Of a stretch of DNA of 64,000 nt, positions 1-10,529 are shown piece after piece. The position numbers and the translations under genes are program-made. The notes under the pieces are model-generated. The model saw only the letters and a list, made by a program, of their open reading frames with translations, was not told where the DNA came from and did no database searches. Positions within the stretch are counted from its first letter, which is position 1. The number at the start of each line of letters is the position of its first letter. This DNA comes from Ruditapes philippinarum (Eukaryota): NCBI RefSeq assembly GCF_026571515.1, contig NW_026854344.1:310001-374000 (forward strand), in the 5' to 3' direction.

Positions 1-394
1 CATGGAACGATATTTGTTATCACATGTTTTCGCGATCAATTAAGAAATCTTGTGTGATTGAAAATCTTATAAATAAGAAAACAGTGTAGTTTGCCCGTAA
101 GGACATTCGATCATAGCGACATTTGCAGCATAACATATTTGTCCGTTTCTGGCCCGTTTTCTTCAATAAATTGTTTTATCAAATTTGTGTAATTTTGTGT
201 TGGTTGTAACACACTTGTGATACCTGATAGACAACTTTACTTCTCTGCAAGATATTTGACATTGCTCTTATTTTACCCTAGCATATCTGACACATCAAAC
301 ACTAATATTTTGGAAAAAAAAATGTTGAGTCCAAGTAGATTCTAGCCTTTTATGAACCAAAGATTTCACAGCCAATTTTTCCTGAAACTGTCAT

Positions 395-1285
395 TTATTT
401 CATGTGATCCAGCTAGCTTAAGGAATGTTTGTGGCTCTGCTCAGATGCCTGTCATGCCTGAAATACAGAGGGGAAGCTGAGGTCTCCCACCACCAGTAAA
501 CCTGGGAAGTTGTGGCCATTTGACCTTAGTCCAATAAATTAGACGTTACAGGCTTGTTATAGTTTTATGTAGGTCAAGCCTAACATCTAATAGTTATTGC
601 TCAAAAACGCATAGCATCATAAAAAAATCAAAAATTGTCTATTGTTTTGCCTTTCAAGCTTGATTCAAAAGTTTTACTTCTTTTCTTTTAATTTCATGCT
701 CAATCATAAACCAAAACTCTCTAAAAAATGTACTTATCAATTTAAAATAAAATATAAACATAAATCTCTTTTAGTCTATCGGCCATACTGGTTAAGTAAG
801 GCGTTTTTCAGATTGGTTCCAAATTTTTGAACGGAAAATATATTCGATCATGCTGAAGGTGCATGGGCAATTATTTCGTTAAAAAAATAATCTGTTAAAA
901 TGTTCTGAATCAGTTAAACGCTTGCATTTGAATTAGCCAATTAGATTTCACGCACTGTATTGCAGCCATTTTTTTATCGGCTGTATAAGGAATTTAATTA
1001 CATGAGAGGATTTAATCATGATTTTATGGATGTGACAGTTTAATTATTTTGTCAAAAGGTATTTATTTTTTAGTTTTGTTCATAAATTGGTCAAAATTAA
1101 TGTACATACACGCTGTCTTATTGTTTTTTCGTTCCGCCCGATTTTGTGGCGGAACGTGCTATGGGTTTTTGAGCAATTTGGATATGACGTTGCTTTGCCC
1201 AGAAGCAAAAATATCTCAAAGTGACGTCATATTTATAGGACTAATTTGACCTCTGTTATGTGTTTGATGGTAAACCCAACAAAGA
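395..1285 (+). mobile_element. SINE family A copy split by a MITE insertion (body ~395-526, tail 1253-1285)
   Basis: ccagctagctta...gcctgaaat...gaggtct...ccaccagtaaa..ctgg matches the copies at 16776 and 30871. The tail (..aaacccaacaaa) resumes right after the 9-bp duplication at 1244-1252. Confidence 0.75.
527..1243. mobile_element. Non-autonomous DNA transposon (MITE), TAG..CTA termini, 9-bp TSD (hAT- or Mutator-type)
   Basis: TIRs tagtccaataaattagacgttac / gtgacgtcatatttataggacta. Inner IR 596-616 vs 1157-1177 (20/21 match). TSD ATTTGACCT at 518-526 and 1244-1252. Confidence 0.9.
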
Positions 1286-1428
1286 AAATTCACTCATAGT
1301 ATGTATTTAGCAATGATGCAATTTTGATAATTTTAGTGAATGAACAATTCAATGCAGGATGTCTTATAATTTGTGTTCAAAACAACGAAACAAGTAATGT
1401 TCAATTAAAAGAACTAGGAAGTAATAGA

Positions 1429-1636
1429 CTGCCTCCGAGGGGTTAGAGTCGATGACTTCTTATCCAGTTACCTCTCTGGCGTGGGTTCGAACCCTGGGAG
1501 ATGCTTTATTAGTTTAGCACGGAGGAAGGTAGTCTAGTACTGGTGTAACTCTCCAGGAACGATTGTTAGGAAACTACCCGCCAATATGACTGAAATACTG
1601 TTGGGAAAAGGCGTAAAATGAAACAAACAAACAAAC
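1429..1636 (+). mobile_element. tRNA-derived SINE with (AAAC)n tail
   Basis: B box GGTTCGAACCC at ~1484, (AAAC)n tail, TSD aggaagtaat(a/g)ga at 1416-1428 and 1637-1649. Confidence 0.8.
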
Positions 1637-1834
1637 AGGAAGTAATGGAATATTCTTTTTGTGTGTTCTAATCTTTCTTTCACAGATGTATTCAATTGCA
1701 TGTGCCAGTTTGTATGTAAAAGGGCAGTGTCTTTTATATTTGATTATATTAAAATACAAATAAATTTTGTGTTGTTAATGACTTACTATTATATTTTTTG
1801 GTTCATTGTTTGTCTGCTTTGTTTATATTTTTAG

Positions 1835-1935
1835 CAATGAAAGATCACATATTCAAGAAAGCTATCAAGTCAGATTACTGTATAGTTACAGGGCTAGCTA
1901 TGGGCATTGAAACTGTAAGGCAGATGGGACATCAG
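1835..1935 (+). other. Candidate upstream exon (5' UTR/uORF or N-terminal extension of the host gene)
   Basis: Pyrimidine tract and ttttag acceptor; CAG|GTAAGT donor; open frame from ATG 1837, MKDHIFKKAIKSDYCIVTGLAMGIETVRQMGHQ, ending in phase 0. Confidence 0.5.
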
Positions 1936-2179
1936 GTAAGTGGATGAAAATCTGAAGTTTATAATTATGTACAAACCAGGAGATTTGATTAATTATGTAC
2001 ACACCAGGTACACATAAATAACTTGTCATTGTCACATTAAAATGTTGTCCCAAACTTGCGCATTTGAAATATGTAAACATAATTTAAAATGTAATATTGA
2101 AAATAAAATTCTAATACTAATTTTAAGCAAAGTCTTTCAATATAGGCAAAAATCACTGAGTGCACCCTAGGATATAGGA

Positions 2180-2378
2180 TCATTCAAAATAAGCTTATAG
2201 ACACACTTTCATATCGGTTCCTGGAATCAATCAGTACTGAGTAGTGTGTAGTAAGTGTAAAGTTTCTTGCTCAAGGAAAAAACTACTTGCCTATGACTGG
2301 GTTTGATCCCATGTTGCCAAAAATCCTTAGAATTGATTACTAGTTCAACGTGTTAACCACTTGGCCATGTCGCCACTA
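2180..2378 (-). mobile_element. CORE-type tRNA SINE (family B)
   Basis: Reverse complement contains a tRNA-like head and ccttgagcaagaaacttt; matches the + strand copy at 44113. Confidence 0.7.
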
Positions 2379-2868
2379 CTGGCCGGTCCCTTTGGCTTAT
2401 CAACGCAGGGTTTCTATTGACGCACATTTCCTGCGTCCTTGACGCAAAAATAGTAACCTAGGACCCTCAATTACTCTTAGTGTGCGTCCATTGGGACGCA
2501 AATTAAATTTTCCTCCGTAAATATCATTTGGAAATTCCTTCCGCTTCTTTAAAGGAAATGACGTAATTTGGTAGACGGGTTCTAAAATTGAATACAGCAG
2601 AGTTATCTTTCTTTCAATTAATAATAATTATTTTCATTCAAAATAATTCAATTTATTTTCGAGAAAGAAATAGTCCGTGTATTACATTAATATTGGTACC
2701 CGTTTTTATTAAGTATGTCATTACACATACGTGCATAAACTGAGCTACAGTCGTTTACAGTTACATTGCTATAAATGCGTGAAAATCGCGCAATGCTCCC
2801 ACTTGCTTTCGACAACGCATTCAGACTGATAGTACCTTAACGAGAATTCTAATTTGCTGTGTAACGCT

Positions 2869-3898
2869 ATGCCACGTGGTCGCAGGACAGCTGTAACATT
2901 GCCTACTCCTCAGGAAGAGGATAGAAATGCTAGAACAACGAGAGGCCGAAAGAGACCAGCTTCTACAGCGTTAACGTTGGAGGACTCCGTTGATGAGCGC
3001 ATGTTGCAGAACGAAGCCGGTAGGTCAAACACTATAGACTTTGAACAAATTCTTAAAGAGTCTCAGATTATTCCAAGCTCAAATTTAAGTAATAGTAATG
3101 AGGGGTGTGGTGCGCAAAATATTTTAGAACTCCCGCTTTCAGGCCCGCGAAAGGCCAGCACGGGTTTAAATTCGGCAAACAATGTGGTAACTACGCCACC
3201 GTTAGCCATGGTCCGCATAGCAGACGATGATATTGCGGCACATGTTCCAAGCTCCCTGAAGCAACAAATTTGCAAGGGTGAATATATTAACCTAGCCCTT
3301 TTGCTCAAAGGGGCTGTTGAGCTATCCGAGTTTTGTTCAGGCAGTTTATATCGCTTGAATGCGAATGGTCAGAAAGAATGTAAGGATACGAATTTTAACA
3401 AACGCCTTTATAATATACATGTCTGATTATTTGTCGGCACATGCAAATTAAATGTATGAACTGTTGCACTATATGTTCAACCTAAGAGAATGCGCTTTAC
3501 GTCAATGAAACGTTGCATTGTGGACGTACGACGAACAGTTTCACCTCCGTCAAGCTATTTCACCCGCCTCATGGTCAAAAATTAATAATGATTTGTGGTG
3601 GCGCTGCATGCAATTGCGCCCCCCTTCCAAAGCCCCATCAAGTTCCGTTAGATACCCGTGTAATGATTTCAATAGAGGTAGATGCTCATGGCGAAATTGT
3701 AAATTTGCCCACGTGTGTAACACGTGCGCGGCTCCTCATCCAGAATTTGCGTGCACTAAAAATCAGTCATCAACAAGTGGAAGTTTTAATCAGTTTAAGA
3801 ATAAGCTGTCAAGTGAGTCTGTAACGCCCCCGCAAAAATCCTTTCGTGCCAGTCCCTTCTACAGAAGAGGCGACTCTAAAAATGGGAGAAAAAATTGA
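2869..3898 (+). pseudogene. gag: Gag-like ORF1 with CCCH/CCHC-type zinc finger, disrupted
   Basis: Motifs HVPSSLKQQICKGEYINLALLL, TNAFIIYMS, YDEQF, CNDFNRGRC..NCKFAHVCNTCAAPHPEFAC. Frameshift near 3390; in-frame stops TAA 3449-3451 and TGA 3506-3508. Confidence 0.85.
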
Positions 3899-5579
3899 TA
3901 GCACAAAAAAAAACGGCCTTAGTTCGTTAGATGAAGTTAATTCTGATATTTTTTGTTTAGCAAAATCACCTGTCAAACTTTCAGTTTTAAGGAAATTATT
4001 AAAATATTACGATCAAGTTGAAGCTTCGTTTTTATTAAGTGGTTTTAAAAACGGCTTTCCTATTCAGTATTCAGGTCCACGTGCTCCACGTGACTCAAAA
4101 AACCTGCGTTCTACTTCACTTAATCCAGAGATAATAAAGTCTCAAATAAGTAAAGAGCTTTCCGCAGGCCGCATCGCTGGCCCATTTAAGAAAAGACCAA
4201 TCAAAAATTTAATTGTATCACCAATTGGTTTAGTGCCGAAAAAAGTGCCTGGTGAATATAGAATGATTCATCATTTGTCATTCCCGCCAGGCGAATCGGT
4301 TAATGACCACATTGATCCAGCGTTATGCACTGTGTAATACACAAGCTTTGATGACGCAGTCAAGATGGTTCAAGATCTAGGTCATAACTGTCAATTATTC
4401 AAGACGGACATCAAAAGTGCATACCGTATTATTCCTATTAAGCCGTGTGATTTTGAATTGTTAGGTTTTTATTTTGACGAGAATTATTACTTTGATAAGG
4501 CCCTACCTTTTGGGGCTTCTATAAGTTGTATCACATTTGAAAGATTTGCACGGTTTTTAGAGTTTTCTGTTGAGAGAAATCTAACTTCTGCGAAATTGTT
4601 GCATTATTTAGATGATTTTTTAGGAGGGGACAGATCTAAGGAAACATGTGCGCATGCGCTAAGAACTTTTAAAGATACAATGTCTGAGCTGGGCGTACCT
4701 TTGGCCGAAGACAAAACGGAGGGTCCGACGGAAGTGTTGACCTTTTTAGGCTTAGAATTAGATACAAACCAAATGTGCGTGCGTATACCTGAGCTTAAAG
4801 TTCTAGAAGTAACAAAAAAAATTCAGGAATGTCTGTCAAATAAGAAAACAACACTTAAGAAAATGCAATCACTAATAGGCTCGTTAAATTTTTGCTGTAG
4901 AGCAGTCATAGTTGGACGACCGTTCATTCGTCGTTTAATCAATTCAATTTGTGGCTTAAATAAACCACATCACCATATCAGAGTAAAAGAAGATATTTGT
5001 TTAGATTTAACTATGTGGTTACATTTTCTGAAACAATTTAATGGGGTTTCCGTTTTTCATGACCGATTTTGGGTGTCAAACGAAGATGTTCAGTTGTTTT
5101 CTGATAGTGCGGGTGGCAAAAACTTAGGTTTTGGGGTATATTTTCAAGGTCATTGGTGTCATGCTAAGTGGCCGGAAGTATGGCATGAGTTGGGCATAAC
5201 AGAGGATATAACGGTTTTGGAGCTTTTTCCCATCTTAGCGGCACTATATATATGGGGTTATGAGCTTAAAAATAAAAAGATACGGTTCAACTGTGATAAT
5301 TTTGCAGTGGTACATATATTGAATAAATTAACTTCTAAATCTGAAATGGTAATGTGTATTGTTAGAGTGTTAACATTACGTTGTTTAAAGCTCAATATTT
5401 TGATTAAGGCTTCGCATGTCCCCGGTTGCCAAAACAATATATGTGACGCTTTATCTCGGTTTCAGTTGACCAGGTTTCGAGAGTTAGCTCCAAACGCCGA
5501 CGAAATACCTTGCTTGGTCCCACCCTTCCTTTGGCACATCTTCAGTTTAGAGCCGGAAAGCTTATTCACTCTGGAATAG
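3846..5579 (+). pseudogene. pol: Reverse transcriptase / RNase H (DIRS-type pol) with one nonsense codon
   Basis: SPIGLVPKK..YRMIHHLS, KTDIKSAYR, LPFG, YLDDF, RNase H FSDSAG / LELFPI / NCDN / NNICDALSR. ORFs 3846-4337 and 4365-5579 share a frame, split only by TAA 4335-4337 (CTV*YTSFDDAV). Confidence 0.93.
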
Positions 5580-6433
5580 CGGCCAACTCAAGGTCAACAT
5601 ACAATACTTCTTTATCGGCCTTTGAGAAATTTCGGTCGCAATATGGGATGGAAAAGCAATCACCGATTCCTGTAAAACATATTATTTTGTTTTTATCATT
5701 TTGCTTTGAGAAAGGTCTGTCACCTAAATCAATCACAACGTACTTGGCAGGGATCAATTATTACCATAAACTTAACGATTTTTACTACATAAAGAAAGTT
5801 TTTATCATCAGAAAATTATTAGAAGGCTGCCATAGAAGTAGAATCTCGCTTGACAATCGTGCTCCTATAACTCTATCAGTTTTAGTTAACATCTGCAATT
5901 CTTTACCTATGGTTTGTTACGATAATTTTGAGGTGAAACTTTTTACATCGATTTTTGTTCTTGCATACTTTGGTCTTTTCCGTGTGAGTGAATTGGTTGC
6001 GACTAGTATTAACCATTGTGAGAATTCTTTACAAGAAAATGATGTGTCTTTTACACATAACAACAATTATTTAATGGTTCGTCTTAGGCATTTTAAAACT
6101 AATCAGAGAGGTAAACCAGTTTTCTTAAAATTACCGAGACAGACTTCACTACCTTGCCCTGTAGAGGCGCTAGAGAATTACTTAGTATGTAGACCGAATG
6201 TCCAAGGTTCATTGTTTTGTCACAAAAATGGTACGGTCGTAACTAGGTCTCAGTTTTCATCAGTTTTATCAAAATCCATCCGTTTTAATTCTACGCTCGT
6301 GGCACCATATAAAAGTCATAGTTTTAGAATTGGTAGAGCTACTGATCTTGCATCATTGGGTTATTCAGCGGAAACAATTAAACAGTTAGGACGCTGGAAT
6401 TCTGGGTGTTTCAATAACTACATTCGAGCTTAA
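5510..6433 (+). CDS. Tyrosine recombinase (YR integrase) of the retrotransposon
   Basis: Catalytic residues intact: FRVSEL (R), FKTNQ (K), HSFRIG (HxxR), GRW, YIR (Y). Overlaps the end of RNase H; no ATG at the 5' end. Confidence 0.93.
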   Translation: MLGPTLPLAHLQFRAGKLIHSGIAANSRSTYNTSLSAFEKFRSQYGMEKQSPIPVKHIILFLSFCFEKGLSPKSITTYLAGINYYHKLNDFYYIKKVFIIRKLLEGCHRSRISLDNRAPITLSVLVNICNSLPMVCYDNFEVKLFTSIFVLAYFGLFRVSELVATSINHCENSLQENDVSFTHNNNYLMVRLRHFKTNQRGKPVFLKLPRQTSLPCPVEALENYLVCRPNVQGSLFCHKNGTVVTRSQFSSVLSKSIRFNSTLVAPYKSHSFRIGRATDLASLGYSAETIKQLGRWNSGCFNNYIRA

Positions 6434-6489
6434 GCCTTTTTAATAAGACATAATTAGCTGTATCTCAAAGGCACTTTTTAACACTGTTC

Positions 6490-7092
6490 ATGTCAAATTA
6501 TTTATTTTTTCTGGTCTATTTATATTTAGATGTTTGGATTCTGGGGGATTCAATCCCATACTGGGCCGGGAATTATGCAAAGAATGCGGCTAAGGAGAAT
6601 TTGGGCTTGAAGGATGTGTCCATTGCCTGGTGGGCAGAGAGAGGCCTCAGATGGGGTGGTTTTAGACGCCTAATAGAAATGCAGGTGTTGTTATCTTTTC
6701 CACCTTCTATTATTTTTATTCATTTAGGTGGTAACGACCTTGTGTCGGTCAATACAGTTCAACTACGACTTTTAATTGAACAAGAAATTATATATTTAAG
6801 GGAAGCCTTTCCTCATACTGTGATAATCTGGGTTGATATTTTACAACGTCAAAATTGGTCAGGCGCTATTAGGGGATATCGACCTATCGAAATGAAAAGA
6901 AAACGCCTTAATCGTCTAGCCAGAAAAATTGTTACGTCATCAGGCTTAAGTGATATCATTATACCAGATATTGATGCGGCCACGGCCTTTTTTCGAGATG
7001 ATGGCGTACATCTCAATTCAGTAGGTTTGGAATTCTATCTAGATTATATTAAGGATGCTATTGTCAAGCATTTAGGAATACGCCATGTATAG
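6490..7092 (+). CDS. SGNH/GDSL hydrolase (esterase) ORF of the element; the true domain probably starts at ~6530
   Basis: Block I ILGDS, block II RG, block III HLGGNDL, block V DGVH, with an intact Ser-Asp-His triad. Confidence 0.88.
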   Translation: MSNYLFFLVYLYLDVWILGDSIPYWAGNYAKNAAKENLGLKDVSIAWWAERGLRWGGFRRLIEMQVLLSFPPSIIFIHLGGNDLVSVNTVQLRLLIEQEIIYLREAFPHTVIIWVDILQRQNWSGAIRGYRPIEMKRKRLNRLARKIVTSSGLSDIIIPDIDAATAFFRDDGVHLNSVGLEFYLDYIKDAIVKHLGIRHV

Positions 7093-7118
7093 ACCTGGAA
7101 GTTGTTACCGGTCTCTTT

Positions 7119-7146
7119 AATAAAAAAAAAAAAAAAAAAAAAAAAA
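7119..7146 (+). other. AATAAA overlapping a 25-nt poly(A) run after the hydrolase stop
   Basis: tttAATAAAAAAA...; A run 7122-7146. Confidence 0.6.
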
Positions 7147-8137
7147 TAGTATGAATAAATTTGGGGGATAAATTAATCAATTTATTGTGGCGAAAATTTA
7201 TTTTAAGAGAAGTGAAATTAATCAATTTATTGTGGCGAAAATTTATTCATGGAAGAAGTCAGATGTGTCACATTTTTTTGCATTAGCCGGTAAACTATTT
7301 TGCATTCGGTTCTGGTTACCCGGTAGCCAATGTTAAATGGTTTCAGTATGGCACATGTGTTTTTATTTAATAAGCTTGAAATTAAATATTAGCGCGACAC
7401 GTCTGGCTTTCTTGCTGTTTCGCTGCATTAGGTACATGTTTATAGGAATCAGGCGAGATACCTCGACTGGTTATTCAGAGCGGCCATTACCTCCATTATA
7501 TATTTTATTGATCTATTTGACTTGTATAAAAGCTATGATACAAGCTGAATTGCAGCGTATGCTCGTACAAAATAAATTTGACATTTAAATTTATTTGGTA
7601 TTCTTTTTTCTTTCGAATAGTAAAATAATTACAGTTTAATACGGAATAAAACGGCGCACACTAGAATTTAGTCGACCTTAAAAAAGCGTCCCAGTCTATG
7701 CGTTTTTTGTTACAAAATAAATCGTAAAACATGTCGGCTGCTCCCCCAATTTTAATGAAAAGTGGCTTACCCGTGGCTCGTCCAAAACGAGACGACCACG
7801 GATATGAAATGCAGCCATTGCGTCTCAACCAAAAAATGTAATCCATTTGCCTCGGAAAATGGAGGTTCGAATTTCCAAAATAGATACATTTGTCCGTCAT
7901 CAAGACGTAGAGCTATATGCAGTTAAACTAATTGATAAAATTAGTCGGACCAGATGTGAAAGATCTTGACTTTATGCAAGTTTCACAAACATTCAGCCAA
8001 ATAAAAGAAATGAAAAAATAAAAAGTAACAATAAATAATAAATGGTTTATATTTCTTATTTTATTTAACAAGGTCAATAAAAATGCATATGTAGTTGAAC
8101 AATGTATATAAATGTAAAGAATGAAACCTAGACAATA

Positions 8138-8791
8138 CAGTCAGGACTCATTACAATGACACTGTTGGTTCCCAAATGATATGTCAGTATATCGAATTTG
8201 TCAGTATATTGAACTTCATCATTTATAATGTAATGATATGCTTATTCGCTGGTATCTGAACATTATGTATTTAGGTCTATTATGATTTTTTGTGTGTTTA
8301 TGTGTTCACTTTATTATACACATTACATATCATACACATAATACAACAACTTTATTAAAATAATAACAACTAAACTAAACTCGTTTTTGTTGTTCAAAAG
8401 TTAAATTAGTCCGTTGATGTTTAGCTGGAGGTTCTGCCATTATTTTAATAAAAAGTCACAAGTTGGCAAGTGTAACAAAACAACAACACGTTGGTATTGT
8501 AATAAGGTGTAACAATCAACTGACCAAGCTACAATACCTGTTTTAACACCTTGCGGCTTTTGTTCACGGCTCAATGATGCGCGTGCTTGACTGACCAAGT
8601 GTCAGTTTAACGGGTACTGATTGTATAGAAAATAACACGTTTGGTTTCCAATTTTATTGTGTCGGAGTCGGAATACGAATTTTCCGTTATAAAGGATTAT
8701 AATAACGTTGAAAAAATTTGGTTCCCACCAATTCACTGTCGTTATTTGAATTTGTCAGTATAATGGATTCCGATGTATTGAGTCCTGACTG
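8138..8791. mobile_element. Tc1/mariner-pogo-type MITE nested in the TIR shell
   Basis: TA|CAGTCAGGACTCA ... TGAGTCCTGACTG|TA; subterminal gaatttgtcagtata at both ends. Confidence 0.9.
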
Positions 8792-8942
8792 TATATATAA
8801 GTAATACCTTACTTTAAAGTAATAAATGATTAGGACCCTCATATTTTTCTCTGGGACCCTCATATTTTATAAGCACGAGTCCCTGGGACTCTTAAATAAA
8901 AATTCCTAGTAGAAACCCTGCAACTGATAACTGACTAAAGCC

Positions 8943-10529
8943 CAGGGCTCATCCTGGGGGGAAATTTTAGGGAGAAGTGACGACCTCGCGAAAATTAGGG
9001 AGAAGGGAAACAACCCAATGTGTATGCATTAACATGTATGGCTATACATCCTTTAATTATAATATAAACACAATTAACATCACTTATAATATTTCTCCAG
9101 TTTATTAATTAATAGTAGTATTAATTAAAAGTAGATTAATTATTTAGTAGTAGATCAGGCAATTGCATCTAAGCTTTCTCTAAATATGTGTTTATATATT
9201 TTCATGTACATTTGTTGATAATAATGTGTAAGAAAGGATGATGATAAAATCAATTTCATATTTTTTACTTTACTTTCCTCACCTTTAAAAGAAAAGATGA
9301 AGTCACATTGGATATTGATTAATAATATCTGTTCTGGTAACAGAAATTTCTCTCAAAATCCTGAACGTTGTAATGTCACATTTATATGCATATAATTATG
9401 CTTATAAAACAATTTTCAAACATCAAAGAATATGTAAAATATGTACTGCAAACATTTGTGCACATTATATTTGATCACTAAAATTACATACATTCATTTC
9501 TTATTGAAAAATTTGACTGAGAAATTGTAGAAAATTAATTTCTAATTACCTCCCTTTATTTTCATGAAATGTTCAATTCGATAATATCTTTATAAATAAT
9601 GCTTTTTAAAATTTACAATATTGATAAATCTTAAGCTGAGCGTCATATTTACGAATTTATTTTGAAACAAGAAGAACACTTCTTTCCAAACAAATGTTGT
9701 TGTTATATACACGTTACATGATATACGACCGATATGTAGTTAAGCCCCGTCTTGCCCACGTGCGTAAACTGTGTCAAATTTGGCATTTCTACAAAGAGAA
9801 CAATGCCAAACACCCCCTACTGTCTACAACATACCAATCGGAAGATTTTTGCGAATTGGCTTTCTTAAATTTTCGCGTATCAGAATCAGTAACTTTCTTA
9901 CTGCTCGGTTACGGCATTTCGCCTTGTAGCCATGACGTGAGCGACGTAACAATTTTACAGTAAAAATTGATGTTAACAGACTGAAATCATTCAAAACTAT
10001 GATTAAGTTTTTAATCTGGTTGCTGATCATTAATGAAATTGATTATTTTTAATTGACTAACAGTTTTGTGATAGCCGTGAAAAATCCATTGCACATCGCC
10101 TTTACTCGGGTTAAAAACCCACCATCGAAGTGCATCGTGTACATCAATTAGGGAAGATTGTACTTGTTTAGATAATCGGGGAAAAAACAATTTATAATTA
10201 TCGCCAAATCCCGTATTAAACTCGCAAAACTATCACACAATTATACCGTTTCGGGCCGATGCTCTCATTATTTACTGTTTAGAGTAGGCGGTCTATCGCT
10301 TCGCTTACAGGTAGAAGGGTAGTATAAAGCGACGCTCTGATTGGATAATGATAATTAGCGGTCGTCATATGGGCGGATACAATCTCTGCTCTTTACATTG
10401 CTAAGTAATTACTATTTGGGAATTAAGATTTTATCGGCGATGTTGACTTCTCTTTGATCAATCGGAAGAGCGAAATTGGAATATACACGGCGAAGTTTTC
10501 GCCTGAATCACCCTTCCGGATGAGCCCTG
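8943..10529. mobile_element. Non-autonomous CAGGG-TIR DNA transposon with perfect 5-bp TSD (hAT5-like)
   Basis: TIRs CAGGGCTCATCC (8943-8954) / GGATGAGCCCTG (10518-10529); TSD AAGCC on both sides; no coding capacity. Confidence 0.88.

Larger units (their letters stand above)
2530..7580 (+). mobile_element. Ngaro/DIRS-class tyrosine recombinase retrotransposon with SGNH hydrolase (boundaries approximate)
   Basis: Gene order gag, RT/RNase H, YR, SGNH with overlapping gag/pol/YR frames. A trailing hydrolase ORF is known from Ngaro elements. Terminal split repeats could not be identified. Confidence 0.88.
2406..8920. mobile_element. CAGGG-TIR DNA transposon shell (hAT5-like, no transposase) enclosing the YR retrotransposon and a MITE
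   Basis: TIRs CAGGGTTTCTA (2406-2416) / TAGAAACCCTG (8910-8920). Subterminal GGACNC motifs at both ends (aggaccctca at ~2460 and ~8832). Flanks caacg/caact are a 5-bp TSD with 1 mismatch. Confidence 0.75.

Noticed and set aside
5510-6433. Prophage or bacterial integrase / retron interpretation of YR plus RT
   Set aside because: RT/RNase H and gag motifs are DIRS-type with overlapping frames; the flanks are animal SINEs and MITEs.
1935-6530. Host exon trapped in frame onto the SGNH hydrolase
   Set aside because: Exon 1835-1935 ends in phase 0 while the hydrolase acceptor needs phase 1, so the product would be out of frame.
2620-7640. Possible DIRS-type inverted termini (2635-2670 vs 7600-7630)
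   Set aside because: Similarity is short and AT-rich; indistinguishable from chance by eye.
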